Source of the DNA: Rhizophagus irregularis
Taxonomy: Eukaryota
DNA length: 64,000 bases
Direction of reading: 5' to 3'
Assembly: GCF_026210795.1 (NCBI RefSeq)
Contig: NC_089434.1
Span: 4,588,001 to 4,652,000 of the forward strand
Below, piece by piece: positions 15,733 to 30,790 of this stretch. The position numbers were made by a program, and so were the translations under genes. Position 1 is the stretch's first letter; every line of letters starts with the position of its first letter. The notes under the pieces are model-generated. The model saw only the letters and a program-made list of their open reading frames with translations, made no database searches and was not told where the DNA came from.

Positions 15733-15999
15733 GGCAATTTCTATTTGTACATGGGGTGTTTAAACACGGGTCATATTAGTAGATTAAAAACGGCATTCAA
15801 AACCTCCTTTAATGCCTTAAGTAAACTTGCAGAGCAGGTGAAAATACATATATTTATCTGTAATATAATAAGAATAAAAAGTAAAAGAGTATAATGTCGG
15901 TAGCATTCAATTTCAAATTAAAAAACAAAAAATTAGTCTATTAAAAATTATATTTATATGACCCGTGTACAAACACCCCGTGTAAACTTAGAAATTTTC
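15733..15999. mobile_element. Mutator (MULE)-type MITE
   Basis: ~45-bp imperfect TIR (GGCAATTTCTA...GGGGTGTTTAAACACGGGTCATAT); 9-bp TSD AAAGTTTAT at 15724-15732 and 16000-16008. Confidence 0.85.
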
Positions 16000-16389
16000 A
16001 AAGTTTATTAATAATTTAAATTTTTTTAAACAAGAAATCTTCTTGGCTTTATTTCTATTTATTGAAGAATAATTGAAACAATTAGATTTTAATAAATCTT
16101 TAATTACTATAATTCAAAACCTTAATTTTCCTTTAAATCATTTATCTAATATTTAAATCTGCTTATAATGCATAATCTTCATCTATATATTGTAATTTTA
16201 ATTCATCTTTAATTGAATATTTAAACTTGAATTTTGGAAAAAAAGTTTTGCATAATCATCTAAGTCAAATTGCTTATTTTAAGTGAAGAACTGAAGATAG
16301 AAAAAATTCGAGTCAAAATTCCCTTCAAATGCTTAATACTTTGTATATGCAATTATATTTATAGAGAAAGATGTTATATTTGACAGATT

Positions 16390-19300
16390 AATCTGGCGGA
16401 TCCCTGTGACAACAATTCACACGGTACATACATCTACGTGCATACGTGCATAGTTGTATCCGAATTATTGGCCAATAACAGAGCTTTTACGGAATATGCT
16501 AAATCTCAAGAATCTGGAACTAATGAATTTAAAAGACCATGATATAGATACATTCCCTGTTGAGACTGCGGATACGGACTAGGGAACGGTAACTGTTGGG
16601 AGTCCGGAGCGAAAAGCAAAATCTTAATTAAACTTAATTGAACACGGTAAATTTAATTGAAATATCAAAAAAAAGGATGTTTCGTCATTATAAAATTCAG
16701 TTTAAACAAAATTATCATTTATTTTCGTTATTTTTCGAATAAATAGGTTCTATTTTTATCATGCATAAACAAAGAGTAACGTATAACCAAAAGAACCAAT
16801 ACGAATGGATGCCATCGACTCACACAGTGAGCGGGCGGACAACGGGACATTTGTGAAACCGACACGAATAGTATTTAGTCCTTCGCTTCGCTCCGGACTA
16901 ATGAGATAGTCAATATCAAGATCCAAAAACATATCGATACAACATGGAACATCATAATGGAATACAAACATGGCAATTATTTATAAAGAACTTCCCGTGT
17001 AAACGTAACATATGCTTCAAAAATATAAAAAGCGATCGTTCACACAATAAAATTAGTAGATCTATGGTATAAGTGGTATCGACATTCAAATGCCGAATTA
17101 TTTAGCAATTAAGATCAAAAGGATCAATGATCTAGCCGCGTTAATAAATATAATAACGAATACAAAAATCATAAGTGGCACATAAGAGTTGGATGTACAT
17201 ATCTCCAGAATGGTTTATTAAGCTAAAAAGCAAAATTCGAGCTAGACAAAAATTGGAGTTACGTATTTTTGCGCGAGAGTAAGATAAAATTATCCAAGAC
17301 GCAATAAAAAAGCGATGCGCTGAAATTCAGACTAACCAAACCAAGTGGCTCAATAATGTATTAGACAAACGGAAACCTCCCATCATTATAGACAAAGCAC
17401 AATTGTTAATGAGAACGGTCCCACCATCATTACTCACCCTGATGAATTAGAGCGGACAGTTTCCCAATTCTATGCAAACCAATTAGAGCTCGTAATACAG
17501 ATATAGACAATTTGTCCGAATTTTGGCAATATATAAACCAAAGGATAAATATGCAAGAGTCATGGAGGCACTCAATGAGCTGATTACGTTCGAAGAATGG
17601 ATGCACACTTTACGTCAATTAAGTCTGGCTCTTTGGTAGGACCATCGGGAATTGATTACAAAATGATCAAGAAATTTCCAAATGAAGTGCACCTACTATT
17701 AATACAATTTTTTTAATTTTTTTAATTATTCTCTAAACAAGGCCTTTTACCTTCAAATTGGTAATACCGACCCCATTGCACCTTTGGATTGTTTTATGAA
17801 TGCGGTCACCAAGCTTTTAACCAACTGACTTAGTTCAATTATTTCATCCAATAATGTATTAAAAGAGCTGAACTTCTGCGGTTTAAAGGAAGAAGGCACC
17901 AGCGCACCACTATCCATCCTCACAATTATCATAGAAGATGCTAGAGAAATAAAAAAGAGCTCTGCGAAAAGCATACGATTCTGTGGCCTTAAGGGATTAA
18001 CATTTATTACGAAGAATAGATATACCGCACAATATCATTAAATGGATTATTAATCTTTTCCTACATCGGAAATTGAGCGCCCTCACTTACTACGGTACCG
18101 TCCTCAATTTGCTGCTAAGGACAGCATAGATTAGGGAGACGCCATTTCTCCGAAGATCTTTTGCTCGAGGTATAATATATCAGTTCGATGGCCTCATGAT
18201 GTTACCGACAAGACTACTTGGGAATCATTCTCAGAATTTGTCCCTACGTTAGCTTATATGAACGACACGTGCTTCATAGACTCATCTAAAGAAAGAATAC
18301 AAAACAATATAGATCTAGCTAATGAATTTTATAAATTGCACGATATCCACATCAACGGCTCGAAGTCAGAACTGATTGTCTTGAACCCTAGTAATATTAC
18401 AGAGGAACAGTACGTTGAAATGGGCCGGGAAAAAATAAAATCAAAGCCACAAACTCCAAGATCAGATATTTGGGACATGGATATCGCCCAAACATAGACA
18501 TCAGCATTTAGCTTATGTCTCAAAACGATGGCATAAAGTGGAATAGCTTTGATCAGGTTGAGATCCGCACAATTGAAATCTCTCATTACATTGATATCAG
18601 AAATCACCAAGAACGTCAGATCATTCAAAGTGCGACAATAAACTATTGAGTAGGGAAAGTACGATCACGCACTACGAATGGAATTTTGACGTATACACCT
18701 ATGAATTTATCGCGGTGTTAATCACACAATCGTAGCCTCATAGAAATAATTATCTGGCCACATGTAGATTGGATCAAACCAGGTTACTTCCTATAATCAA
18801 ATCATTTGAGGGCAAAATATTAGTACATAACTGCTCTTTAATCTTACCAATAGGGAGTCAAACAACGTTAACGCCATTACATCAAGAATTAAGCATAGCT
18901 CCAATCACAACAAAAGTAGTGAAGTTAGTAACAGTATTTTCACCAATAATAAAATGAGCAACAATAGGGGTGCTGTCAGATATTACCTAATATTTTAGGG
19001 GGTAAGTTCTTATATTAAAGTGATATTAGGTATTATCTGACAGTGCCCTAAACGTAAATGGATACAGAAACAATAGAAGACACAAAATATGATGTCAGTC
19101 GTTATTGCCACGATGCAGCGGACGTATGTGTATGGATAGAGAGGTGGATTGATAACCAAGAACTGAAACATGAGCTTATAACAGTCACTCAATTAACTGA
19201 AACACAAATCGGCAGTAACATTCTATACCGATGGATGACACTCTTCAGTCTGGCCCTTACCATTTACACAGATAGTCAAGCTGCAATTCACTCCATTAAT

Positions 19301-20552
19301 CGGATTCAATATATGTCTACGAGAAAGTGGTTAAAAAGAAATAATGTATTGATATTAATTAAAGTAGCATTGTTACTTAGAAAAAAAAAGATAGATCTTA
19401 AATTTGTTAAAAACAAGTGGATGTTTTAGCTAAAGAAGTAGTGACATTTTAATAATAGTTTTAACTATAGTTACCTTAATATGCGTTACTTTCCTCATTT
19501 TCAAAGATTTCCAATTGAACAGAAATTTAGAAATTCGGGAAACCCATTTTTCAGACTCACGTCGCGGCAGAACATTCATTACTTTTCGTTAACGACAGCA
19601 TGGGACAGACATGGACAACATTGATTGGGATATTACATGGTCGATTTTCAAACAAATCAAAGGCTTTAAATGTGACCCAATGGCGCTTTTTATTCATTAC
19701 TAAATTATTTTATAGCCTTCTCCTGACTGCAAATATACTTAAACGCAGAAACAATAATCTTTACACAGACCTAAAGTGTCCGTCATACCAAGAGTATATA
19801 TTATTGAAGTCTCACAACACCTTATGGATTGTCATTCATACTCGGGTCAGAGACAGGAATTACACCGACGATTACACAATTTGGTTATTAAGTTATCACA
19901 ACAGCATTTGGACTCTGCTAATTTATCAGAATCTGCAATAAAGACATTCGTTGACAAATTAACTGGCTATCAAGCTTCTTCTGATGAATTTAAAGCCCTC
20001 TACACACAAATGGTTACATTGAGGATCCCGCATAACATCTCTAAAATGACGGCGTTTTTTACTCAATTGTCTATTTCTTTATTACCAGTTCCAAGGAACT
20101 AATTTGGATCCCAAATGCGCCGCTATGATTAATTAAAGATCGAAAGATAAACGTCCTGATAAAACACTCATTTATAGTGATAGTGAAGAACCGTCTCCGT
20201 TAACAACACGACCGCACACAGAGCTAAAAGTCTCCAACAGTATAATTAGAAGAGAACGAATTGTAGCTGCCTTTCCCAAATTATGGAAGCAATTAGAACT
20301 ATACATAACGAAAAATTTTATATGTGAGATGGGCGTTTAGATCCAAAGACTCGTTACAAATTGGCCATTTCGGTATGATTAATCATTAGCATAATGGGAA
20401 AAATTCTTGATTATGAGGATTGTAAGGACTATTAATTTGGGTTATTACAGGATTATAGTTTGGTTTGAGAATTTAATTGCCGATCCGCATGTGATGGATA
20501 GAGCAAATTTGAAATCCAATTTTTAATCAAATTAAAATTTTTGTTGAAAAAA
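16390..20552 (+). mobile_element. Degenerate non-LTR retrotransposon (LINE) ORF2 with RT and RNase H
   Basis: Fragments VLKELNFCGLKEEGTSAP..IIEDARE, YDSV, GDAISP, LAYMNDTCFI (degenerate YxDD), EFYKLHDIHINGSKSEL and IYTDSQAAI; GC higher than flanks; many stops and deletions; A-rich 3' end. Confidence 0.85.
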
Positions 20553-20739
20553 ATCTTGAGATTATATCTTTTTTTATTCAAGTATTTTAATATTAATATG
20601 ATACTATAAAAAAAATTTTACAAAAAATTCCTAAACATTACCAATTAGTCAAAATTTGCCTAAATTTGCGCCACTTTTTTTTGCTTTATAAAAAGTACCG
20701 GCTAGAAGCTTTTACATGCCAAGATTCAATTACTCACAA

Positions 20740-21378
20740 TCACGTGTTTTTATTCATTAAGTATTGACCAACCACATAAACTTTTTTTCCTGAAGCGAAG
20801 CACTCCTCTCGTTCTTAAAGATAGTTGAATTCATACAGTCAACTCTATAAATGTACCACTTATAACTTATAAGTGCATTCCCTTCCTAATGCACACTTTA
20901 GTTCAATCCCAAGTTTATATGACCTCTAATTATTTATTCTCTCTCCTTTGTAATTGCACGCTTTTTCTGGTTCCAAGGGGGGGGGGTGCATTTATAGAGA
21001 GTTAACTGTACTTCGCTTTTCAATAGGATATCTGCTACAATAGAAAAACCCGTTGTTAATAAAAAATAACGTTGAAGGAGCCATGGAACAAAGTACAAGA
21101 AGCTTTAATGTAGTAAAAGAGGAGGTCGTGATATCGGTACATTCACCTTCCAGAAGATAACGATATAACTATAACAAATAAAGCAACGCTTCATTCTCCC
21201 GTAAATGTTCATCGACCTAAGATTTGAGCACAGGTATATCGTAGCTTTATTTTTTTTTGTTCTTCAAATAAAGATGTGATTATGTTAAGTATCGGTTAAT
21301 TTATACTGTTTTTAATATTGTCTTTAAAAGATATGACAAGAGTTATGTGAGACATTAGCTTATTTTAGAGCGTATCAG
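20740..21378. repeat. Dispersed duplicated block, copy 1 (inverted relative to copies at ~28285-28875 and ~32800-33150)
   Basis: Long shared text, e.g. TACTTCGCTTTTCAATAGGATATCTGCTACAATAGAAAAA, reverse-complemented at ~28570 and ~33060, with the MITE at the same site. Confidence 0.85.
20836..21008. mobile_element. Tc1/mariner-type MITE, family A
   Basis: TA-flanked CAGTCAACTCTATAAATGTACC ... GGTGCATTTATAGAGAGTTAACTG. Confidence 0.85.
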
Positions 21379-21779
21379 AGTGGGGTATACCATAAAGATA
21401 ATGCAGTATACGCGTACTTCGTTGATGGGTTTGGAGCAAAGAGAGATGTCTGTAACGGGCGCGTAGGGCGCGTAATAATATGATCACATGGGTAGATTTT
21501 TTTAAATTTTATGATTTGTTTAAGTAAAATATTGATATATGTAAATCGTTGGTTTTGGTTGATTTTACAGGGCGGAAAGAGTTATAAATAGAATGACAAG
21601 TATGACCTACTGATAATTCGGTCAAATCCTTGTTGAATAATTATGTCAACAAACAGCCGTCAGCAATAACAATAATTATCAGTGATAAATGTTCAATTTC
21701 CAGGGTCAAGGTTCCTGCGCGATATTGCGTACTTGGGTAAGTCTTATTAAGTATTTTATATAAGAATACATATTAATAC

Positions 21780-24700
21780 AATCGAACTAAACACTTTATT
21801 TTATGTTATTTATGATAGAATGTATTTAATCACTGAAAATTATGAAATTATGATTTCAAATACCTCTCGATCGGCTCTCATCCCTGGCTTCTGCCTATTA
21901 CGTATTTGTAGGTATTTTTGCGGGACTAACCAAGGCAATGCATCTAGCGCATTGCACCGAAGAGGATTGGCCCTATCTCCCATTATCATTAAGCTGGACC
22001 CTACCAGCGGTCTATAAAAGGGTCTTTGGGGGAGAATGGTTAACATTATCTAATTACAGGCGGAACTTGAAGACGGTGAAATTTATCCATATTTTCTAAA
22101 TTTTTTCCAGATATGGAATCCTGTTGAAAGGAGTTGGGAAATCGCCACAAGACCTTCAAAATTTTTAATTCCTGGATTTATTTCGGAGGAAATTCTATCA
22201 AGACCGCTCCCGTTTAATATTATTCCTTCTCCTCCGATTAGATATAGTGATCTGCTGTTTAAGATGCTACAAATGTTGGTCGATATTATTGCTGAGAAGT
22301 CACCTAACTGCTTAAGATCATACTCCTAATTCAATTAAAAGTAGGTACGTTTCTTTATTTTTCAAAGATTTTTTAACCTTCTTTTTTCTTTATAAACAAG
22401 GTTGAAAAAATTTTTAAGTAAATAAGAATCAAAATGATGAAAAATTATTTTATATTTATTATATTAAGTCAGCTAATGAATAGAGAGGAGACACCACTAC
22501 GAAATCCAAAGTGGAAAATTCTCGCGTGTACTATATCAAGACACGGTACCAAATTTCAGAACAAACTATCAGCCTTTTCATATCGGCATTGGATCGAAAA
22601 CGATGCCATCTAGTCTATACCTTTGGTATACTGAACGATCATTAGATCCTACTACTTGCGCTTTAAAATACGCGGGTTACCGTACCGCAGTTAGTGAAAT
22701 CCATGAACGTATTGAACGTATTTGATCGAAATACTATCGAAACACACCCGGATGTCGCAAAAACGATGCTATCTATTCACATCAATAAGACCCTATAGAT
22801 ATACTGTAACAACTTCACTTGATTATATATTACAAATAAAGAATTCTTAATTATAATAATTAATTCTAATTCGCCGGGATCCAGACGAAGAACTCGTTGA
22901 TTAGAATGCTCTAAAGCTTCTACTTCACAAGAAACTTCTGCTTCAAAATTTACTTTATATCGCTCTCAATTATTACGGCTTAATCGAAAAAAAAACACCA
23001 AATTTAAAAATGAATCAATGTTAATGACTAAGGAAAGAACACAAGCGCTCTAATACAACAAGTTTTACTTTATGATTTTCTTCACAGAGATGTTGTTCTT
23101 CAATTATTGAACCATCTAGAGAACAAACTCCAATAATCCCTATCAACACTTTAAACCAAACATCCGTACGTAAAACATGCAGGAAATAGCCCATTATATA
23201 GGGAACTTTTCCAAAGATCCAAAACTAGCAGAACTTCTCAAACATTTACGAGAAACGGCGATGAGATGAAAGTAAATGGTGATGAACTCCTGGCATTCGA
23301 GAAAAACTACAGAAATAACACCAAAAGCAATAACCGAAAAGCTTTTAAACAAAGATTGGTGATGATGGTGATTTTGAGAAGAATAATCAAAGTCACTTTA
23401 CCTCCCAAGAAAACGAAACGTGAACAAAAGATAGTATTATATAATCTTCTAATAATCGTGCGATTAAATCTTCTCGATGACGAAAATATTACTTCTAATT
23501 AAGTTCAAGATAAATCGGCAGGGATCAGTACAATTTCTATAAAAGCTGAAGAAATTAATCGAAAGAAATATCTTAAAATACAGAAACGTGCTTTCAATCG
23601 AATCTTTTACGCAACCTCCTTCACCACAGTCATCGACTAATAGCAAAATGAACTTGAACATGTCAAGATTCCTTCCACTGAATCAAAATATAGAATGAGA
23701 ATTTGCGATATTTGCGATGCACCACCAGAAAATTAGAAATCAATCATTCGGAAACTAAAAATGATTTACAGAGTAGATCCAGTATTTCTCATGTCGATGT
23801 TTCAACAGAAAATAATTTGAGTTTTCATAACCGCACATTTCAACTAAGGGTCATGGTGTCCTTCTAACATTCCCTATGAGGCCATTGGCATGTACGCAGT
23901 CCTGTCCTTGAGGTCACTACTAAAACTATTTCCGATTATGGCGGATATAGAAAAAGTTCTTATCAAGAGAAAGTTTCCAAATCATCTCCTGAGATCTCCC
24001 ATGTCTACACACCACCTGAAGAAAATCCAAAAGAGTTATTGCGAAGAAATGATTCATCAATGTCATTCTCAACATCATCACCATTTGATGATGGTTCGTC
24101 CAGCACAGATCCATTCCCACAGAATCGTGCCGATGAAACTAAAACAAACACGACATCTAAAAAAAAAGCAAAGAAATCAAAAGCTAAACGAAAACATCAA
24201 ACAAATTCAAAAAATTCAGAGCCACGAAAGATCTTGTTATAATTCCTGTAGTTGTCATACCAACTCTCTTTCTATGAAATTCTCTGATTTTGATAAATAA
24301 TATTGCACAGTTAAATCTTTATTTGGATATACTTGAACGAGCGCTATTGTAAGAAATGTAAAGGTGATTTGGTTGAGGCAAGAACGAGAAACGCGCATGA
24401 AACTGAAGACTTTCTGCTGGCGATCTATTTATGGAATCTGTAGAAATTAAAAGATATCATCAACATCATAAGCGCCGTATTACTTTACAAATTTTTAAAT
24501 TTTTAAAACTTCGTATGTTGTGATCAAACAGGATTCAAGACCAAGGAAATTTTCTTCATGTTAATACAAAAAATCTCAATCCAAAATTTCTAAATCCAAA
24601 GCTTCTATTACTGCAGTCGCTTGTTGCTCAATTATGAACAGAAATATGGTAATCAAAATTTCGATATGAAAAGCAAGTGGGATAGAAAAGGGTTTAAATA

Positions 24701-25960
24701 TAAGAGTAGAGAATGGATAGCTGCAATGTTAATTGTGGAATCTTGGAATCGGAAAGACATCATCTGTTCATCTTATTAAAATTTATTGTTAAAAGGAAAC
24801 CAATTCTCCCCTCTGGAAATAGATCCATGAGGAGATTTTGGTTTTCTTTTTGTCTATTCTAATTGTAGTTTATTGTAGTGGGAGAGCGGTACTTTCTTTA
24901 ACAATTGCAAATACTCAAGGATGCAAAGTGGTTCTTAATTCCGGTGGCATGGCATTCGAAATAAAAAAGAGTCCGTTATCAAAGTAGCAACAAAAAAATA
25001 CATCGATTATTGTTTTTTCAGCCACTCAATGATAAAGCTTTGAGTAAAGAGCATGTAAATGAAGTACGGGAAAGAAACACTTATCTTAATGGGTAAAATT
25101 AATGATATGCTTTACTGGTGATAGGAGTAGTATCGCCGAACTAATTAAATTGATAAGTATCTTCACTCAATGCTCAAAAACTCAAATCGTCAAGGCTGAC
25201 GATTGCAACGAGAGAGAATTTACAATTCGACCAACGGATGTGGACGAATTTATTCGAGAAGATAATACTGATTTTTAACTTGCTATCCGCATGGAAAGTT
25301 TACCATGATAGTATTGATATGATGAAACAAAGTCATTAAATAAAAAGATACTTTAAAGAACATGCATCTCCAAAAGCAAGAGTAAACATAAAGAAATTGA
25401 TAATTAATCATTATAACTTGCCTTATACAACAGGGTATGGCCATACCTTCCACATCAGGTGCTGGTGCTCTTAATGCATAATTTGGTGTAAAGAAGTTGA
25501 TATTTGATGCCTTAACTAAGACTTTACGAAAAAACATTTACATTAAGAAACTGGCAAAGAATTATCGTAAACCAATGAAACTTGTATTAAAAAGAAATAC
25601 CTTGATTCAATCAAACATTTTTTGGCTAATAATGAAAACGTATTAAAGTTTACAAATAGTAACGTCATCAATCAAATATATGAATTATATGTGAATGGTC
25701 AAATTGTATTTAAAGATTCTATTACAATAACTTATTGAGATAAGGAAATATTGCTGGAATAATACCCATAATGGCATCTAATCTTGCGAGTTTAAATAAA
25801 AAGTTCGCTGAACATTTTCCATTTATATGAACGACAGTTGTTCAAAAAACATTCATACTGTAAATGTATGTCGAAAGTTTTAAATGAAATAAAATTAATT
25901 GTATAAAGAAAAGAAATTCGGCTAATATCAAGGACCTTTCATTGATTCACCCTTATAATT
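21780..25960 (+). pseudogene. Large degenerate coding region of an unidentified repeated element
   Basis: Protein-like fragments (IWNPVERSWEIATRP, RICDICDAPPE, IVVYCSGRAVLSLTIAN) with many stops; 22830-23465 is duplicated at 62781-63220. Confidence 0.4.
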
Positions 25961-26169
25961 TATATTTGAAATTACTGCTTAATTGAACTTATTGAAATGA
26001 GGCCGAGTCCGGGCATATTGTAGTGAATTAGATTAATTCATGGATTGCAATAATAAACTAATAATGTCCTTCCAAATTTTAAAGTTATATATGTCTTTTA
26101 AGTAGTGAAGTTTATCAAACCTTATAATTTCTTTAATAAAAATATTGAGTTTAAATTTACGTATCCCGA

Positions 26170-26480
26170 ATTTAAATCATTTTGGACTAGATATCGTGTA
26201 AAATAATCTAAATGTTTTTTTTCAATGTTTAAAGTTATGATAATTTAAAGTTTATAATATTATATGTTTCAGATTTTATTAAAACCGAAAATTAATCACG
26301 CTTTACAAGTTCAGCAAAAATTTTACCATAAAGTCTACGCGCATTTCTGAAATTGAAATTGAATTTTATCAGGTTTTCTTAATCGATAATTATTTTCTTT
26401 AGTTACTATGTCATAATCATCACGTATAAATCACAAAACGCGGCTCGACGTATTATAATTAATGACTTTATTTTGCGCGC
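26170..26480 (+). repeat. Direct duplication of ~33308-33805
   Basis: Collinear shared motifs AAATCATTTTGGACTAGAT, CAGCAAAAATTTTACCA, ATAATCATCACGT and ACAAAAC-CGG-TCGACG. Confidence 0.65.
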
Positions 26481-28606
26481 ATCATTAACTAGTCAGTTTT
26501 TAATATTATGATTGGTCAAAATCGTCATCACATGACCACATATTAAAATTTTCAAAATTGAGTATCTTTCTGTGTCAAAATATTTTATTTATTTACGGTT
26601 GATCCGAAGGTTTTTTCGAAGGTATGACAGAGCTTTGTGAACATAATTTGCGTCACCGTCATATTTAGGAACAAAAGCTATGATATCTGCTTTTGTTTCT
26701 AAACATGATTAATATTAACGTTAGGCTTTTTGTTTCTCAATCGGGATAAGTCAAATTGCTTAATTAGATGCTTGATATCTTCAGCCCATCGGGAAATGTT
26801 TACCTAAATGGTTAAAAATAATCAATTCAGAGTTTTTCCTGTGAAAAACAGAATTACTAACCAAATTTGTTAAAATATGGGATCATATGACATATCGAGT
26901 GGTTTTTGTCTTATAAATAGGATAAACTATCTCCAAGATTCGAACTAAAATACCACGAAATTGCGAAATGGGTTGAAGTTGTCACAACAAACTATTATAA
27001 TTAAAAATCCTTCTATCCCGTAAATACTTTTCATAATAAACATTTTTTTATTCGCAATGCTGCTTCTATAATAGACTAATAATAGTTTTGTTCGTGTCAA
27101 ATATGACATTCGTATCTATTACGCATTGGATTCAAAATGAATTATAGAATTATAGAATCGTTAAACTTTGAACTAAGAGATTATTCCACAACCACGTAAA
27201 AAAAAGAATAACGTGTCTTTTAAAGTACGGAATTACTTTGACTTATGAAGCACGCGAAATGTACACTTTGCCGAGATCCGTCGATATGGAGTATATGGAG
27301 TATCTCCTTCGAAAACTGATCCCGATCATATGGGTTGTTTATGGAACTAAGGTGGTGGCGTGGTGGTTCGTGCAGTAAAAAAAATTTAACGAATAAAAAA
27401 ACTAATGAATGGCAAAAATAAAATAAATAAATCCCTTAAATAAAAAATAAAATAAATCCCTTAAATAAATCTCAAGAAGTTAGAATATATTAATTAAATT
27501 GTTTTTTTATTGCAATTTATTAGAGTTTTTAGTTACGTTAAGTTTTTTGTTTTTTGAGTCAAGGTTTAATATTGTATAATTTTTATGATCCATTTTGGAT
27601 CTAGTAGTAATATATACAAATATCATAAGTGATATGAATAAAATTATTATTAAATCTGTTGAAGAAGCAAACAAGATTTTAAACTTTCTTTCCTCGTAAT
27701 TAACATACTTTTTTTTTAAAAAAAATTGAATTATTTTATAAAAATATTACATGTTCAAATTATTGTAAATTAAAATTTCGTATACATGAAAATTTTTCAA
27801 GAATTTTTTTTCGTATTAGGCTACAATTTCTCAATTTAAATAGGTCTTCAAAATATATGAAAGGAGATGTGGCTTGGTCGGTAACCTTCAAATTTTTAAA
27901 AGAAAATGAAAATGTTTTAACGACAAGTTTTTGGACATCGCGTCGACGTACGTAACTTACGTAACTTTCTTGGTTGTACTTACTGGTTATCCCGTAGAAA
28001 CAATTCCGTTAGTAACGACTCCATTTCTGTTCTCTTTAGTACGAGAGTAGCATTCATCACTTCTCAACAATACTAGGATTCACCTGTTAACTACGTTAAC
28101 AGTTAATATTTAATTATATATATATAATATCTGTGCCTTGCCATTTCGGTTTCACATACAGGTGGGTTCTTATTTTTGCGCTCCTTTGTTCTCTTTTTTT
28201 GTTCTTTAACTTCGTTTTAACTTCCTTTTCTCTTAGGTCCCAGCTCTTCGGCATTTCAGCTCTTCAGTTTTCGGACCCCTGATACGCTCTAAAATAAGCT
28301 AATGTCTCACTTGTCGTATCTTTAAAGACTATTAAAAACAACATAATCAAACCTTTATTTGAAGATCAAAAAAAGGTAAAGCTACGATATACCTGTGCTT
28401 AAACTTAGGTCGATGAGCATTTGCGGGGAATGAAGCGTTGCTTTATTTGTTACATCGTTATCTTCTGGAAGTGAATGTACCGATATCTCGACCTCCTCTT
28501 TACTACATTAAAGCTTCTTTTACTTTGTTCCATGGTTCCTTCAACGTTATTTTTATTAACAACGGATTTTTCTATTGTAGCAGATATCTTATTGAAAAGC
28601 GAAGTA

Positions 28607-28759
28607 CAGTTATAATGCACCCCTTGGGACCAGAAAAAAGCGTGCAATTACAAAGGATAGAGAGTAAATAATTAGAGGTCATATAAACTTAGGACTGAAC
28701 TAAAGTGTGCATTTAGAAAGGGAATGTACTTATAAGTGGTGCATTTATAGAGTTGACTG
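28607..28759. mobile_element. Tc1/mariner-type MITE, family A (inside duplicated block copy 2)
   Basis: Reverse complement of 20836-21008, TA-flanked. Confidence 0.8.
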
Positions 28760-29481
28760 TATGAATTCAACTATCTTTAAGAACGAGACTTCAGAAAAAA
28801 AAGTTTAAAATTGTATATGCGGGTTGGTCAATACTTGATATGTATCACATGTTGTGAGTAATTGAATCTTAGCGTATGTAATGATATTTAAAAACTGATA
28901 CTGTATAAAAAATTTTTTCGTCTATTATGTCTACTTTCAAAATGCGTTTACTCTCCAAAATTGATATCATATAACTTAGAAAAAAACCTAAATTTCGATA
29001 TTTTACGAAGAAATATAGGTATTTTCATATTGAAATTTAGTTTTTTTTTCATGTTTTAGTAATATTTCAGCGTTTTTATATGTTCTTTACAACTTTATTC
29101 CTTATTCAAAATAAAAAACATTATCAAATATAAACAACTGTTCTGGTGGCGGATAGCGATGTCTATCTTGTGGAAATATTTTTTATGTGCTCCTTTAAAC
29201 TTTAAACAAGAAATACGTAAAAACCTCTATAATACTATCACCCATTTTTTACCTAATGATCCAGAGGACCGAATACATGCTTTATTTTACTCTTATTCGG
29301 TCATTTTTGGTTAATGATGTGGGTAAACCTTTTAATCAATGAAGAGGATCCTGTGTACAAAAAAAATAAAAAAAATATACTAGAAGAAGAAATTTATAAA
29401 TTAATTTTGATAGATGTAATAATGTAAAACAATTTTCTTTTCGTATTGCCATCATCTTCATAATACGAATAAAATAAACCA

Positions 29482-29966
29482 ATAACATTATTAATGTAAT
29501 CAAGCGCAAAAGGCTTTACCAAGTCTAAACATTACGTTTCTCTTCACAAAATCAAAACACACTAAAGAAACTTCTTATAATATGGAAAATGTTTCGCCGA
29601 AATTGTCAGTGATGATGGTGATGATAATGATAACGATGGTGGTGATGGTGACAAGAATAGGAGGAAGAGGAGGAAGAACTATACCCATTATTAAGTGACG
29701 TGGTAGCAAAGAAGGCTGCCCAAGATAACATTGTTAATGTAATCAAGCGCAAAAGGCTTTACCAAGTCTAAACATTACGTTTCTCTTCACAAAAATCAAA
29801 ACACACTAAAGAAACTTCTTATAATATGGAAAATGTTTCGCCGAAATTGTCAGTGATGATGGTGATGATAATGGTAACGATGGTGGTGATGGTGACAAGA
29901 ATAGGAGGAAGAGGAGGAAGAACTATACCATTATTAAGTGACGTGGTAACAAAGAAGGCCGCCAAG
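29482..29966. repeat. Tandem duplication, two copies of ~243 bp
   Basis: ATAACATT-TTAATGTAATCAAGCGCAAAAGG...GAAGGC-GCC occurs at 29482 and 29725, near-identical. Confidence 0.92.
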
Positions 29967-30223
29967 TTAAAAAAATTTATGTTGGTATCATGTGCCACAT
30001 TTATTAATCCTAGATTTCTTACAAGTTCAGAAGCTACAACCAATATATATATATGGACCTAAATAATGATTTTGGTAGAAGTGATGTAGATTAGGAGTAT
30101 TGGGAAAGCTGTTTGAATAAAGCTCTTTTCTGGATCTTCAATTCCTTGTAACTACGTTTTTTACCAAGTGGTATTGAAAGTTTAATAATTGAAAAATCTG
30201 GTGTCTTCTGTTTAATTGGCATT

Positions 30224-30790
30224 ATGGTTTGTGGATCATGCAGATCATGCAGATTATGTTATTAAAAATAATGAATCAAATCAAGCTGTATGGGGAGCCT
30301 ATTCGTGTCAATAAAGTAAGCAGAAACATTTTGATTTGTTTTATTGTCTACTATGTAGCATTGACACTTCGTCGTATTATTAGGCAACTTCTGACAAAAA
30401 GAATTTGGACGTAGACGCTTCATTATTTATAAGGAATTTGGATCCTGGTGTCGGTGAAAAAATGTTGTACGATACGTTCAGTCGCTTTCGGTGTTATCGT
30501 ACAGACTCTCAAGGTATTAATATAGACTAATTTTAATCGAATATCGAATTCATTTTACATATTTAACTTTATTAAGTCGAAATATTTGATTTAGATTATT
30601 TAGATTGCATGAGATCCCGATACTGGTAGTGGTAAAGGGTATGGGTTTAGTTCATATGATAATTTCGATTCTTCAGATGCGGCAATTGATGCAATGAACG
30701 GACAATATCTGATGAATAAATCAATTACTGTATCATTCATACGGATGGTAAAGGCGAAAGATATGGAAGTGCAGTAGGTTCTTCCGAATT
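30224..30790 (+). pseudogene. SF3B4: Splicing factor SF3B4/Hsh49 pseudogene fragment, copy 1
   Basis: [91 protein letters not shown]; two introns retained; frameshift and a TGA stop. Confidence 0.9.

Noticed and set aside
29819..30062. Overlapping Met/Val-rich ORFs
   Set aside because: Low-complexity GAT/GGT tract within a tandem duplication.
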